DNA of 64,000 bases from Deltaproteobacteria bacterium. Lineage in GTDB: Bacteria; Desulfobacterota; Binatia; UBA9968. The notes beneath the pieces are model-generated. The model was not told the DNA's origin, did no database searches, and worked only from the letters and a program-made list of their open reading frames with translations. The position numbers and the translations under genes were made by a program. Location of the stretch: contig SHYW01000010.1 in the NCBI GenBank assembly GCA_009692615.1, forward strand, positions 2,670 to 66,669, read 5' to 3'. Shown here in pieces: positions 9,504-18,485 of the stretch (position 1 is the stretch's first letter; each line of letters begins with the position of its first letter).

Positions 9504-11794
9504 TCACGCGCTCGCCTGCGCCGTCGGTGCGATCGTCGCCGCGCCCGGCGCGACGCCGCGCGTCTTGATATGGCAATCATGCGCCGCGTCGATGAACAAC
9601 TGCGCTTCTTGGAGCAACTGCACGGCGCGGTCAGCGTCGGCGCTTTTGCCCGCGCCGACAAACTCCTTGGCTTTAAATAAATACTCGGCGAATTTTCCGC
9701 CGGCGTATTTGTCCCAGAAAAGCTGGGTGTCGTAGAAGCGCTGGGTGAACTCGGCGATAATCTGATCGTCATGTTCCGAAATCGCCGGGTTGTAATCCTT
9801 CACTAAACCCTGCGCCGCGCGCACCATGGAAGCGTAAGCCGCCTTGACTGCCGGTTGGGCGTGGCCCGCATCTAATAATAATTGAGCCTCGAACAGCTCG
9901 CGTTCGCTGGCGGCCAGCGTGAATTCCGCTTGGCTCACCACTTCGCCGGCGCATTCGCCGACGCCCATGTCGGCGAGGGTAAACTCGCGCGGATCGCCCC
10001 AGTCGCTGTAATAACTGCGGTCCACGTCGTGGGCGGGAATCTTGGTCAAATCGTCGAGCAAATCTTTTACGGCTTTTTTACCCACCCGCGCGACGAAGTC
10101 TTGAAACCGCTCGTCCTTCAGCCGCTGGCGCACGTAATATTCTGTGATAGACGAAACCGCTTCGGGAATCCGCTTCGACGGCACCGCGCCGATGGCGAGG
10201 CCGTACTCGCCGGCGTTATCGTGAAACTTGCCGCCGAGAATCACTTGGAAATGCGGCACGGCGAAGCCTTTGATATTGCGATTGATGCCGTAGAAGCCGA
10301 TGTCGGCGATGTGATGCTGGCCGCAGGAGTTGAAACAGCCGCTGACTTTGATGCGGAGATTTTTCACCGCTTCGTCCAACTGCAAACTCTTCTCGCCCAA
10401 ACGCTGGCGCAGCTCCCGCGCCAAACCGCGCGACGACGCAATGCCCAACTTGCAAGTGTCGGTGCCGGGGCAAGAGGTCACGTCAACGATCGTCGCCGCG
10501 TCCGCCGCGCCCAAACCGATCGCCTTGATCGCTTGATAAAATTCCGGCAAATCCGCTTCGCTGACCCAGCGAAAAAGTATGTTCTGCTCCACCGTCGTGC
10601 GCAGCGTGTCTTTGACGAAGCGGCGCGCGATGTCGGCCAGCGCGCGCATCTGATCAGCGCTGGCATCGCCCAACGGCAGCGTCACCGTCGCCGCGACGTA
10701 GCCGGGCTGTCTTTGTTTGTAAACGTTGGTCGCGTACCAAGCAGCGAAACCCTCCGGCCGTTGCTGGCCGTTGAGATTCACGCCGGGCTTGAGTTGCGCC
10801 TCGGAGCGATCGTCTACGCAGGCGAGGAAATCGGTCCAGCGCCGATCGGGAGAAAGTTTTTGCCGCTCCTCCACCACCAGTTTTTTGAATTCGTCGATGC
10901 CCAAGTGGGCGATCAGAAATTTGATTCGCGCGCGCGCACGATTGCGTTTCTCACCCAAGCGCGCGAACACCCGCGAGATCGCCTGCATGGTCGGCAGTAA
11001 TTCCGCTTCGGGCAGAAACTCGTCGAACAATTTAGCTTTGTAGGCACCGAACCCAAACCGCCGCCGACGTAAAAAGCAAAGCCGCGCTGTTTTTTGCCGT
11101 CGACCACGCGAGTCTTGGCGATGGCGCCCATGTCGTGCATCGTCACCAGGCCGCAGGGATTTTGCTCGCAGCCAGAAAAGGCGATTTTAACTTTGCGGCC
11201 AAAATCTTGGGTATCGGGATGGCCCATGAGAAATTTCGCGCAAGCTTTGGCGTAAGCAGTCGTATCAAAAGTTTCTTCGTGGCAGATGCCCGCCAGAGGG
11301 CAAGCCGTGACATTGCGCACGACGTTGCCGCAAGCTTCTTGAGTCGTCACGCCAACCGCAGCCAACCGCCGCATCAGGTCGGGTGTGTCGTCGATATGAA
11401 CGAAGTGAAACTGAAAATCCTGCCGCGTGGTCACGTGCGTCACGCCGTCGGCATACTCTTCGGACAGGTCGGCGAGCGTATACAACTGTTCGGGCGTGAC
11501 GCCGCCGAAGGGAATCTTGATCCGCATCATCCCCGGCGCGTCCCACATGGTATCCGGCCCTTTGACCAGATCGGCGGAGAGATTTAACTTTTGCACGCGC
11601 TTGCCGTCGTGGCGCTGGCCGTTGTCGTAGCGCTGGCCGTAGATGCCGCGGCGCAGACGGGTCTCGGCGAAAACTTTCTCGTCGATCTTACCCTGCTTGC
11701 GCAGCTCCATCTGCTGCTCGAAGATATCGATCTCGCGGCCGAGCTCGGCGGGGATTTTCTCCGCGAGTTTGTCTTTCCAAGTTAGCTTGTCCAT
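9504..11794 (-). pseudogene. sir: Assimilatory ferredoxin-type sulfite/nitrite reductase (siroheme-[4Fe-4S]), split by a 1-nt frameshift
   Basis: Track ORFs 10913..11794 (N half, ..FAFYVGGGLGSVP then out-of-frame tail) and 9504..11030 (C half, from LFDEFLPEAELLP..). The cluster-ligand motifs TSCPGTDTCKLG and VSGCFNSCGQHHI are present. The frames rejoin if one base is added in GTGCC^TAC (about 11043-11045). The 2291-nt length is not a multiple of 3. Confidence 0.85.
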
Positions 11795-11839
11795 GGTCTA
11801 TGACCTCCAGCGCGATTGGCAAACGGCACCATTACAAAA

Positions 11840-11861
11840 GTAAGTTGATTGAGTTAGTCAG
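11840..11861. promoter_or_regulatory. Candidate Rrf2 operator upstream of sir
   Basis: The AT-rich GTAAGTTGATTGAGTTAGTCAG lies between the Rrf2 stop and the sir start. It matches the reverse complement of 12350-12371 at 15 of 22 positions by hand alignment. Confidence 0.35.
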
Positions 11862-11892
11862 TTATTGTCTCAAAAAAAATCCGCAGCACAAA

Positions 11893-12327
11893 CTAGATAT
11901 AATACATGTACGATTCCTGCTCCGGCTTACACAGATCGGCGAGGGTCGTGTCTTCCAAGACCGCCTCCATCGCCGCCACACCCTTGCCCCACGCCTGCAT
12001 CAAGCGCTCCGTCGCCAGCGCGCCGCTGCCGTTTTTTTTCTTCGGTCGGACATCTGGGCTGACGAACGGCCCTTCCAAAACCTCGATCACTTCCTTGACA
12101 GAAATCGTCTCCGGCGGCCGCGCCAAGATGTAGCCGCCGCCGGGCCCGCGCGAACCATGCACCAAGCGCGCGCGATTGAGTAGCACCATGATCTGACCGA
12201 GGTATTCGGAAGGGATATCTTGATCCTTGGCGATCTCTTTGACTTGAGTGGTGCGGCGGATTTTATAATTGTTCGCCAACTCAACCAAAGCGAGGAATCC
12301 GTAATACGCTTTAGAACCGACTTTCAT
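11893..12327 (-). CDS. Rrf2-family transcriptional regulator (IscR/CymR-like)
   Basis: MKVGSKAYYGFLALVELANNY..VKEIAKDQDIPSEYLGQIMVLLNRARLVHGSRGPGGGYILARPPETISVKEVIEVLEG is a typical Rrf2 winged-helix N-terminus. Confidence 0.9.
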   Translation of the reverse strand: MKVGSKAYYGFLALVELANNYKIRRTTQVKEIAKDQDIPSEYLGQIMVLLNRARLVHGSRGPGGGYILARPPETISVKEVIEVLEGPFVSPDVRPKKKNGSGALATERLMQAWGKGVAAMEAVLEDTTLADLCKPEQESYMYYI

Positions 12328-12349
12328 ATTGCATGCTCCAAGGAAGGTT

Positions 12350-12371
12350 CAAACTAAGTAATTCAACTAAC
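12350..12371. promoter_or_regulatory. Candidate Rrf2 operator in the divergent Rrf2 / SBP-array intergenic region
   Basis: CAAACTAAGTAATTCAACTAAC contains two ACTAAGT near-palindromic heptamers 17 nt apart. It begins 23 nt upstream of the Rrf2 ATG. Confidence 0.35.
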
Positions 12372-12547
12372 TAAGTCAAGAATAGATTTGGCTCGCCCTT
12401 TCCGACCTAACGAACCAACGCAACCACCAAAATCCCAGCGGGCGCGGGCGCGCCTCTTTTTAATTTGCTTGGCTCATTCGATTAAAGCTATATTTGGAAC
12501 AACTAATCCCAGACAAGTCGTTCACAGCAGTTTTGGAGGCCACTCTA

Positions 12548-13582
12548 ATGAAATGTTTAGGCCGATCGGTCTTATCCGTCATATTCGTCTTGATCGTTAT
12601 CGCTATATCTCAAACCAATCTCCACGCTGCACCGGGCGAGGTGATCATTTCCCACGCCAGCATGAGCACAACCTCGATCCCGCTTTGGGTCACCCAGCGG
12701 CGAAACTTTTTCGGCAAATACGGCGTCAATTCGAAAGTCGTCTGGGTGCGCGGCAATCCCGCGCAAATCGCTACGCTGGTTTCCGGCGACACGCAGATCG
12801 CCTACGGCGGCGCACCCACCGCCATCGCCGCAACCCTCGGCGGCCGCGACATGAAGATCATCGCCAGCTTGAGCAGCCGCGAGAGCCTCGACATCGTCGC
12901 CCGGCCCAACATCAAGAGCGCCAAAGAGTTGGCCGGCAAACGCTTCGGCGTACAAAGCGTCGGCGGCGGCGTGTGGAAAACCGCGCCCGTATGGTTGGAA
13001 CACCTCGGCATGGACGAGCGGCGCGACAATATTCAGATGCTCGTCATCGGCGACGTCACCGTGCTCGCCCAATCGCTGGAATCCGGCCTCATCGACGCCA
13101 CGGTGGTGCCGCCGTTTTTAAGCCGCCGCCTCGGCGCTAAAGGCTTCACCGTCCTCGGCCGCTGCGAAGAAACCCGGCTTTCATCGGTCGGCATGACGGT
13201 CTTAGTCGAGCGCCCCTATTTGCAGCAAAACGCCGAGACCTTGCAAAACGTCATGATGGCGCTCATCGAAGGCATGCTCTACACCGGCCACCCGAGAAAC
13301 AAAGCCGTCGTCATGGAAACCCTGACCAAACAATTCCGCATGACCGATCCCGCCATCGCCGAAGGCGCCTACCAAGACGTGTCCACGCTCGTGCGTTTAG
13401 AAGAAGCGCGCAAACCCGATGTCTCGTTAGAAGGCATGCGCATCCTGCAACGATTGCTGGCGCCGGGGAATCCGAAAATCGGCAGCTTAAAAATAGAAAC
13501 CCTGATCGACTCCAGCATCGTCAAGAAAATTGAGGACAGCGGGTTTTTTGAGAGGATGACTGCGGAATACGGAGGGAAGTAG
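12548..13582 (+). CDS. NMT1/SsuA-like substrate-binding protein, array member 1
   Basis: Track ORF 12494..13582. ATG 12548 is preceded by GGAGG and followed by a signal peptide (MKCLGRSVLSVIFVLIVIAISQTNLHAAPG). It shares family blocks with the other SBPs (RPNIKSAKELAGKRFGV, WLEHLGMDERRD). Confidence 0.8.
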   Translation: MKCLGRSVLSVIFVLIVIAISQTNLHAAPGEVIISHASMSTTSIPLWVTQRRNFFGKYGVNSKVVWVRGNPAQIATLVSGDTQIAYGGAPTAIAATLGGRDMKIIASLSSRESLDIVARPNIKSAKELAGKRFGVQSVGGGVWKTAPVWLEHLGMDERRDNIQMLVIGDVTVLAQSLESGLIDATVVPPFLSRRLGAKGFTVLGRCEETRLSSVGMTVLVERPYLQQNAETLQNVMMALIEGMLYTGHPRNKAVVMETLTKQFRMTDPAIAEGAYQDVSTLVRLEEARKPDVSLEGMRILQRLLAPGNPKIGSLKIETLIDSSIVKKIEDSGFFERMTAEYGGK

Positions 13583-13672
13583 CTTTGAATTTCTCGCCTA
13601 GAAGCCAACTCCGCGCGTCCGGCAAGCGGTATCGGAAATCTTGTTCGAGGTCCTTAGTCCCCCGACATTACG

Positions 13673-14065
13673 TCACGCGCCCGAATCCGAAAACGGCTCG
13701 GCGACAACTTGAAAATCATCTTCGTAGACAATGAACCCCGGCCGATCGGTTGTTACCGTTTCCACGACGACACCATGAAGGCGCATGAGTTCAACAACTT
13801 CTCTAGCCAGACGAATGTGATCTACCGCTGTGTCTTTGAACCACGCTAGTCCACGATGGTTCTTGTGAGAGTTATTTCTTTTCCGGGAGACGCGGGCTGG
13901 CACGGGTAGATTTTTATTGAACCATTTGAAAATCTCTTCGAGTCGCTCGTCCTCATAATCCGGCAATACCCCGCGCTTCTGAATGACCTCGGCACCGCGC
14001 AGAAATCCGTAGCGATACCCAGACTCCTCGCTTCGGTTAGGAATTACGAATCGGAGATAACGCAT
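13673..14065 (-). CDS. Hypothetical protein (no family recognised)
   Basis: A 130-aa ORF on the opposite strand inside the SBP array, in a lower-GC patch. It has no signal peptide or TM segment. Confidence 0.45.
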   Translation of the reverse strand: MRYLRFVIPNRSEESGYRYGFLRGAEVIQKRGVLPDYEDERLEEIFKWFNKNLPVPARVSRKRNNSHKNHRGLAWFKDTAVDHIRLAREVVELMRLHGVVVETVTTDRPGFIVYEDDFQVVAEPFSDSGA

Positions 14066-14205
14066 CGTAGTCCTGTTTACGACTCAAGCTCACCGACACA
14101 CGCTTCGTTAGCTTTGCGGTATTTACAGTAATTCATCGATGTTTATGCAAGATTCGAACGCTAGTCATTGACGCATTTTCATTGTCGTTGTCAATTTTGA
14201 TCACC

Positions 14206-14234
14206 TTGACAGCAGCCAAGCATCATATCATAAA
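14206..14234 (+). promoter_or_regulatory. Possible sigma70-type promoter for the hydrolase gene
   Basis: TTGACA (14206-14211), a 17-nt spacer, then CATAAA (14229-14234), ending 14 nt before ATG 14249. No clear SD follows, so this is weak. Confidence 0.25.
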
Positions 14235-14248
14235 CGTTAAAATTATTT

Positions 14249-15085
14249 ATGAACTACCAAACCCATATCCACAGTTTCAAAACCGCCGACAATGAGCGGC
14301 TCCACGGCGCGCTGTTGACGCCGCCGGATCAGCAATCCGATCTGGCGCTAATCTTAGTCCACGGCGTGGCGATGAATTTTTATTTGCCGCCGCTGTTTAG
14401 TTTCGGTCAAGAACTTGCAGCGCGCGGCCATCACAGTTTCGTCATCAACACGCGCGGCCATGATTGGATCGCGCGGGCGGGGAATTTGCAGAAGTTCGGC
14501 GGCTCGGCCTATGAGAATCTCGAAGACTGCGTTGCGGATCTCGACGCGGCCATCGACTTTCTCAAAGCGCGCGGCTACCGGCGCTTCATTCTCATCGGCC
14601 ACAGCCTGGGTGCCATCAAGTCGATTATTTATCAGGGCACGCAACAGCGCGCTGACATCGCGAGCATCGTTGCCTGCTCGGCGCCGAAGCAGTTCTACTC
14701 GGAGCGCGTCGAACGCTATCCTGAGTTTCGCGAGTTAATCGCCAACGCCGAGCAGATGGTAGCGGAAGGAAAGAGCGAGGAACTGATGATGGTGCCGGTG
14801 GGCGTCAATCCAGGGATCTTCACCGCGCGCACGCACTTGAACAAGTATGCCAAAGACGATCGCAACGACTGCCGGCCCCACGCGAAAAACGTCGGTTGCC
14901 CAGTGCTTGCCATCGCCGGCGGCGCCGAGCCGCCGTTCTTTCACGAGTACGCCCAAGAAATCGTCGCCGCCGCCGGCGGCCGCTCGAAGTATCAAAGGGT
15001 CGACGGCGCCAACCACTTCTACAACCGCCACACGCCGCAGATGGTCGAAGTCATCGCCCAGTGGCTAAAACAATTTCAGGATTAG
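14249..15085 (+). CDS. Alpha/beta-fold hydrolase
   Basis: 278 aa. It has LILVHGVAMNF (oxyanion region) and the nucleophile elbow GHSLGA. Confidence 0.8.
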   Translation: MNYQTHIHSFKTADNERLHGALLTPPDQQSDLALILVHGVAMNFYLPPLFSFGQELAARGHHSFVINTRGHDWIARAGNLQKFGGSAYENLEDCVADLDAAIDFLKARGYRRFILIGHSLGAIKSIIYQGTQQRADIASIVACSAPKQFYSERVERYPEFRELIANAEQMVAEGKSEELMMVPVGVNPGIFTARTHLNKYAKDDRNDCRPHAKNVGCPVLAIAGGAEPPFFHEYAQEIVAAAGGRSKYQRVDGANHFYNRHTPQMVEVIAQWLKQFQD

Positions 15086-15100
15086 AAAATTTAATCACGT

Positions 15101-15137
15101 AGGGTCGCGATTCATCGCGCCCTCTTCCGCTTTTTTC
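15101..15137 (+). terminator. Probable intrinsic terminator after the hydrolase gene
   Basis: AGGGTCGCGAttcaTCGCGCCCT is a hairpin (9 bp with one bulge), followed by CTTCCGCTTTTTT. Confidence 0.5.
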
Positions 15138-15194
15138 CTATGTGAACTTTGCGCTCTTTGTGGTTAGATCGATCCGAAAGGAACTTTCACGACA

Positions 15195-16217
15195 ATGAAA
15201 CGGTATCACCGCATCCGATTCGCCGCGTTTCTCTTCGGAATCCTAAATTCTTTGCCGTCTCTCTCCGTCCTAGCCGCGGCGGCGCCGACCAAAATCGCCG
15301 TCGGCTACGCCACCATCAGCAGCGCGTCGACGACGCTTTGGGTTGCTCAGGACGAAAAGTTTTTCACCAAGTACGGCATCGATGCCGATTTAGTTTTCAT
15401 GCCGGGAGCACCGACGCTGATCGCGGCGATCAATTCCGGCGCGTTGGCAATCGGTTACACCGGCGGCACGGCGATCCTCGGCGCGGTGGCCGGCGGCACG
15501 GACTTGAAAATCATCGCCGCCAGCCAGGGGCGCGTGCTGCACGATCTGGTGGTGCGCCACGACATCAAGAAAGCCGAAGACCTACGCGGCAAGCGCGTCG
15601 GCGTCACCAGCATCGGCGGTTCCGGCTGGATGGCGGCGATGTTGGCCTTCGAACAGTTGGGGATCAATCCCGACAAAGATAAGTTAATCGTCTCCGCCTT
15701 CGGCGATATGCGCATCATCGCCAAGGCGTTCGAAGCCGGCAATCTCGACGGCGCGCTGGTCACCGGCAATCTAATCTCGCAATTCAAACGCGCCGGCTAC
15801 AACGTCTTGAGCGAACTCGAAAAGGTGCAAATGTTAGGCTCGGCAGTGGTCGTGAAGCAGAGCATGATGACGACGCAAACCGAGCTGCTGCGCAATGTCA
15901 TCCGCGCCCTAACCGAAGCCCATGCCTTTGTATTAAGCCCGAGCAAACATGGCGCCGTGCTGCGCGTGATCAGCAAACGGCTCAACATCACCGACCCCAC
16001 GGCCGCCGAAGACGGCCTACAGGATCTGCTCAAACGTATCGACAAGAAACTGTTTCCCTCCCTCGACGGCCTGCGCAACATTCAACGCCTCCTGCAAACG
16101 CGCAATTCGAAGATCGGCCAGATCAAACTCCAAGAGGTCATCGACGACTCCTTGGTCAGAGAACTGGAAAAGAGCGGCTTCAACGACCGCGTGCTCGGCG
16201 ACTACGGCGTAAAATAA
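15195..16217 (+). CDS. NMT1/SsuA-like substrate-binding protein, array member 2
   Basis: 340 aa with signal peptide ..SLPSLSVLAAAAP and family blocks (DIKKAEDLRGKRVGVTSIGGSGWM). Confidence 0.85.
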   Translation: MKRYHRIRFAAFLFGILNSLPSLSVLAAAAPTKIAVGYATISSASTTLWVAQDEKFFTKYGIDADLVFMPGAPTLIAAINSGALAIGYTGGTAILGAVAGGTDLKIIAASQGRVLHDLVVRHDIKKAEDLRGKRVGVTSIGGSGWMAAMLAFEQLGINPDKDKLIVSAFGDMRIIAKAFEAGNLDGALVTGNLISQFKRAGYNVLSELEKVQMLGSAVVVKQSMMTTQTELLRNVIRALTEAHAFVLSPSKHGAVLRVISKRLNITDPTAAEDGLQDLLKRIDKKLFPSLDGLRNIQRLLQTRNSKIGQIKLQEVIDDSLVRELEKSGFNDRVLGDYGVK

Positions 16218-16240
16218 TTTCCGACTGGAGATGAATTCCC

Positions 16241-17260
16241 ATGCTCGTGCTCAGAACCTTCGTCATCATTGCATTGCTATTCATACACTCGCGTCCACCC
16301 GCCATGGCAGCCGCGGCTCTGACCAAGGTAGTCATCGGCTTCGCTGCGATGAACGCGCGCGTGGCGCCCCTGTGGATCACCGAGGAACAAGGCATCTTGG
16401 CGAAATATGGGCTTCAATCTCAGCAAGTTTATCTGCGCGGCGCGCCGACTTTGGTAGCCGGCATGGCGTCGGGCGATATTCATTTCGGCCGCAGCGGCGG
16501 CAGCGCGACGCTTGCCGCGGTGGGCGCCGGTCATGATTTTAAAGTCATCGCCAGCTTCTCGAGCCGCAACAGCTACGACCTGATGGCACGGCCCAATATC
16601 AAACGCGCCGAAGAGCTGCGCGGCAAAAAAATCGCCGTCACCAGCATCGGCGGCAGCTCCTGGATGGGCGTGATGTTGTGGCTCGAACATTTCGGCCTCG
16701 ATGCCCAGCGCGACAACATTCAGCTGTTAGTCGTCGGCGATCAGTTGGTGCAGATGCAAGCGGTGGAGACCGGCATCGCCGATGCCGCCGGCTTGGACGG
16801 CGTGTTCAGCAAGCAGCTGCGCGCCAAGGGCTTCAACATGCTCGGCGAATATTCCGATTTGAAAGCCGCCATCGTCGGCCAAGCGATGGTGGTGCCCCAA
16901 GCGTTTCTCAACCGCCATGCCGACATCGCCGAGAACTACTTGAAGTCCGAGGTCGAAGCATTGGCGTTCGCCGTGGCGCCGAAAAACAAACCGGCGGTGT
17001 TGAAGCTGCTGATGAAACGGCTCAAGACCGAAGCCGCCGGCGCCGAGGAAGGCTACCAGGATCTTCTGCGCGGCGTCGACCGCAAACCGTTTCCGTCCCT
17101 TGAAGGCATGCGCAACATTCAGAGAATTTTAAGACCGCGCAATCCCAAACTCGCCGATATCAAAGTCGAAAACGTCGTCGACGATAGAATCATGCGCAAG
17201 CTCGACGAGTCCGGCTTCATCGACCGCGCCTACGCCGCCCAGGGCGCGAGCTTGAAATGA
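16241..17260 (+). CDS. NMT1/SsuA-like substrate-binding protein, array member 3
   Basis: 339 aa with a signal peptide ending PPAMAAAA. It is a close paralog of members 4-8 (GGSATLAAVGAGHDFKV, LWLEHFGLDAQRD, KLDESGFIDRAYAAQG). Confidence 0.9.
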   Translation: MLVLRTFVIIALLFIHSRPPAMAAAALTKVVIGFAAMNARVAPLWITEEQGILAKYGLQSQQVYLRGAPTLVAGMASGDIHFGRSGGSATLAAVGAGHDFKVIASFSSRNSYDLMARPNIKRAEELRGKKIAVTSIGGSSWMGVMLWLEHFGLDAQRDNIQLLVVGDQLVQMQAVETGIADAAGLDGVFSKQLRAKGFNMLGEYSDLKAAIVGQAMVVPQAFLNRHADIAENYLKSEVEALAFAVAPKNKPAVLKLLMKRLKTEAAGAEEGYQDLLRGVDRKPFPSLEGMRNIQRILRPRNPKLADIKVENVVDDRIMRKLDESGFIDRAYAAQGASLK

Positions 17261-17266
17261 AGACTA

Positions 17267-17380
17267 TTCACCACAGAGCACACAGAGATCACAGAGCAAA
17301 AGATTCACAAGTCGGGCGGGTCACGACCCGCCCTCCGAATCCTCCGAACCTTTCGTGTGTTTCGTGTTTTTCGTGGTTAA
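17267..17380. repeat. CACGAA-periodic hairpin repeat, copy 2 (variant left arm plus central GC hairpin)
   Basis: The left arm is TTCACCACAGAGCACACAGAGATCACAGAG. The centre is GGGCGGGTcacgACCCGCCC (8-bp stem, 17314-17333). The right arm is TTTCGTGTGTTTCGTGTTTTTCGTGG. Confidence 0.6.
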
Positions 17381-17411
17381 ATCCGAACTTCTTTTCGACG
17401 GAGGACAGGCC

Positions 17412-18431
17412 ATGAATTATCGACACCAACATTGCGCCGTGATCTTCCTCATCCTATCTCTCTGCCAATTCCCTAGTGCCTTCGCCGCCGCGCCGTCGAA
17501 ACTCGTCATCGGCTACGCCGCCATGAGCGCGCGGGTGATGCCGCTGTGGATCGCCGAGGAGCAAGGTATCTTCGCCAAGTACGGCATCGACTCGCAGCAG
17601 ATTTTCATCCGCGGCGCGCCAACTCTGGTCGCCGGACTGGCGTCGGGCGATATTCAAATTGCCAGCACCGGCGGGAGCGCAACGCTCGCCGCCATCGCCG
17701 CCGGCCATGATTTGAAAATGCTCGCGGCCTTTTCCAGTCGTAACACCTACGATCTGGTCACCCGGCCGTCGATCAAGCGAGCCGAAGACCTGCGCGGCAA
17801 ACACTTTGGCGTCACCAGCATCGGCGGCACCGTGTGGATGGGGATCATGCTCTGGCTCGAGCACTTCGGCCTCGACGACCAGCGCGACAAAATCCAGATC
17901 CAAGTCATCGGCGACCAGACCGTGCAAATGCAAGCTTTGCAAAACGGCATCATCGACGCCGCGGTGCTCGACGGCGTCTTCAGCCGGCGCTTAAAGCAAC
18001 AAGGCTTCAACATCACCGGCGAATTTGCCGATCTTAAGCAGCAATACACCAGCCAGGCCATCGTCGTGCAGGGCAAGTACGTGCAGCAACGGCCCGATAT
18101 GCTGGAGAATCTCTTGAAGGCCCAAGTCGAAGCCATCGCCTTCTCGCTGGCGCCGAAAAATAAACCGACGGTGATTAAAACATTCATGCGCCGGCTGCGC
18201 ATCGACGCCGCCACCGCCGAGGAAGGCTACCTCGACCTGCACCGCGCCGTCGACCGCAAGCCCTACGCCTCCGCCGAAGGCATGCGCAACGTGCAGCGGC
18301 TCATGGCGCTGCGTAATCCCAAGATCGGCGAGGTCAAAATCGACAACGTGATCGACAACCGCATCGTCAAGCGGTTGGACGACAGCGGATTTATTGATAA
18401 AGCCTATGCAGCCCAGGGGACCAAACCGTAA
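17412..18431 (+). CDS. NMT1/SsuA-like substrate-binding protein, array member 4
   Basis: Track ORF 17355..18431. The first 19 codons run through the repeat element. ATG 17412 follows GGAGGA and gives signal peptide MNYRHQHCAVIFLILSLCQFPSAFAAAP. Confidence 0.9.
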   Translation: MNYRHQHCAVIFLILSLCQFPSAFAAAPSKLVIGYAAMSARVMPLWIAEEQGIFAKYGIDSQQIFIRGAPTLVAGLASGDIQIASTGGSATLAAIAAGHDLKMLAAFSSRNTYDLVTRPSIKRAEDLRGKHFGVTSIGGTVWMGIMLWLEHFGLDDQRDKIQIQVIGDQTVQMQALQNGIIDAAVLDGVFSRRLKQQGFNITGEFADLKQQYTSQAIVVQGKYVQQRPDMLENLLKAQVEAIAFSLAPKNKPTVIKTFMRRLRIDAATAEEGYLDLHRAVDRKPYASAEGMRNVQRLMALRNPKIGEVKIDNVIDNRIVKRLDDSGFIDKAYAAQGTKP

Positions 18432-18485
18432 CCGCCGGCGGTTAGAACGGAACCCGCGCTGGAATTAGAAAATGTTGGAGGCAAG

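Noticed and set aside
9882-11000. 372-aa plus-strand ORF
   Set aside because: It is antisense to the sulfite reductase C-terminal half, which has the unambiguous siroheme/[4Fe-4S] Cys motifs. Its composition is that of a shadow ORF.
12444-12470. GGCGCGGGCGCGCC followed by a T-run, looking like a terminator in the Rrf2 / SBP intergenic region
   Set aside because: The stem would leave only a 2-nt loop, and there is no upstream plus-strand gene for it to terminate.
17355-17411. N-terminal extensions of SBP member 4 (MCFVFFVVKS..), and likewise of the amidohydrolase at 44302-44328 (MSCVSWFDF)
   Set aside because: These codons are simply the TTCGTG repeat element read in frame. Downstream ATGs have proper RBSs, and for the SBP a signal peptide as well.
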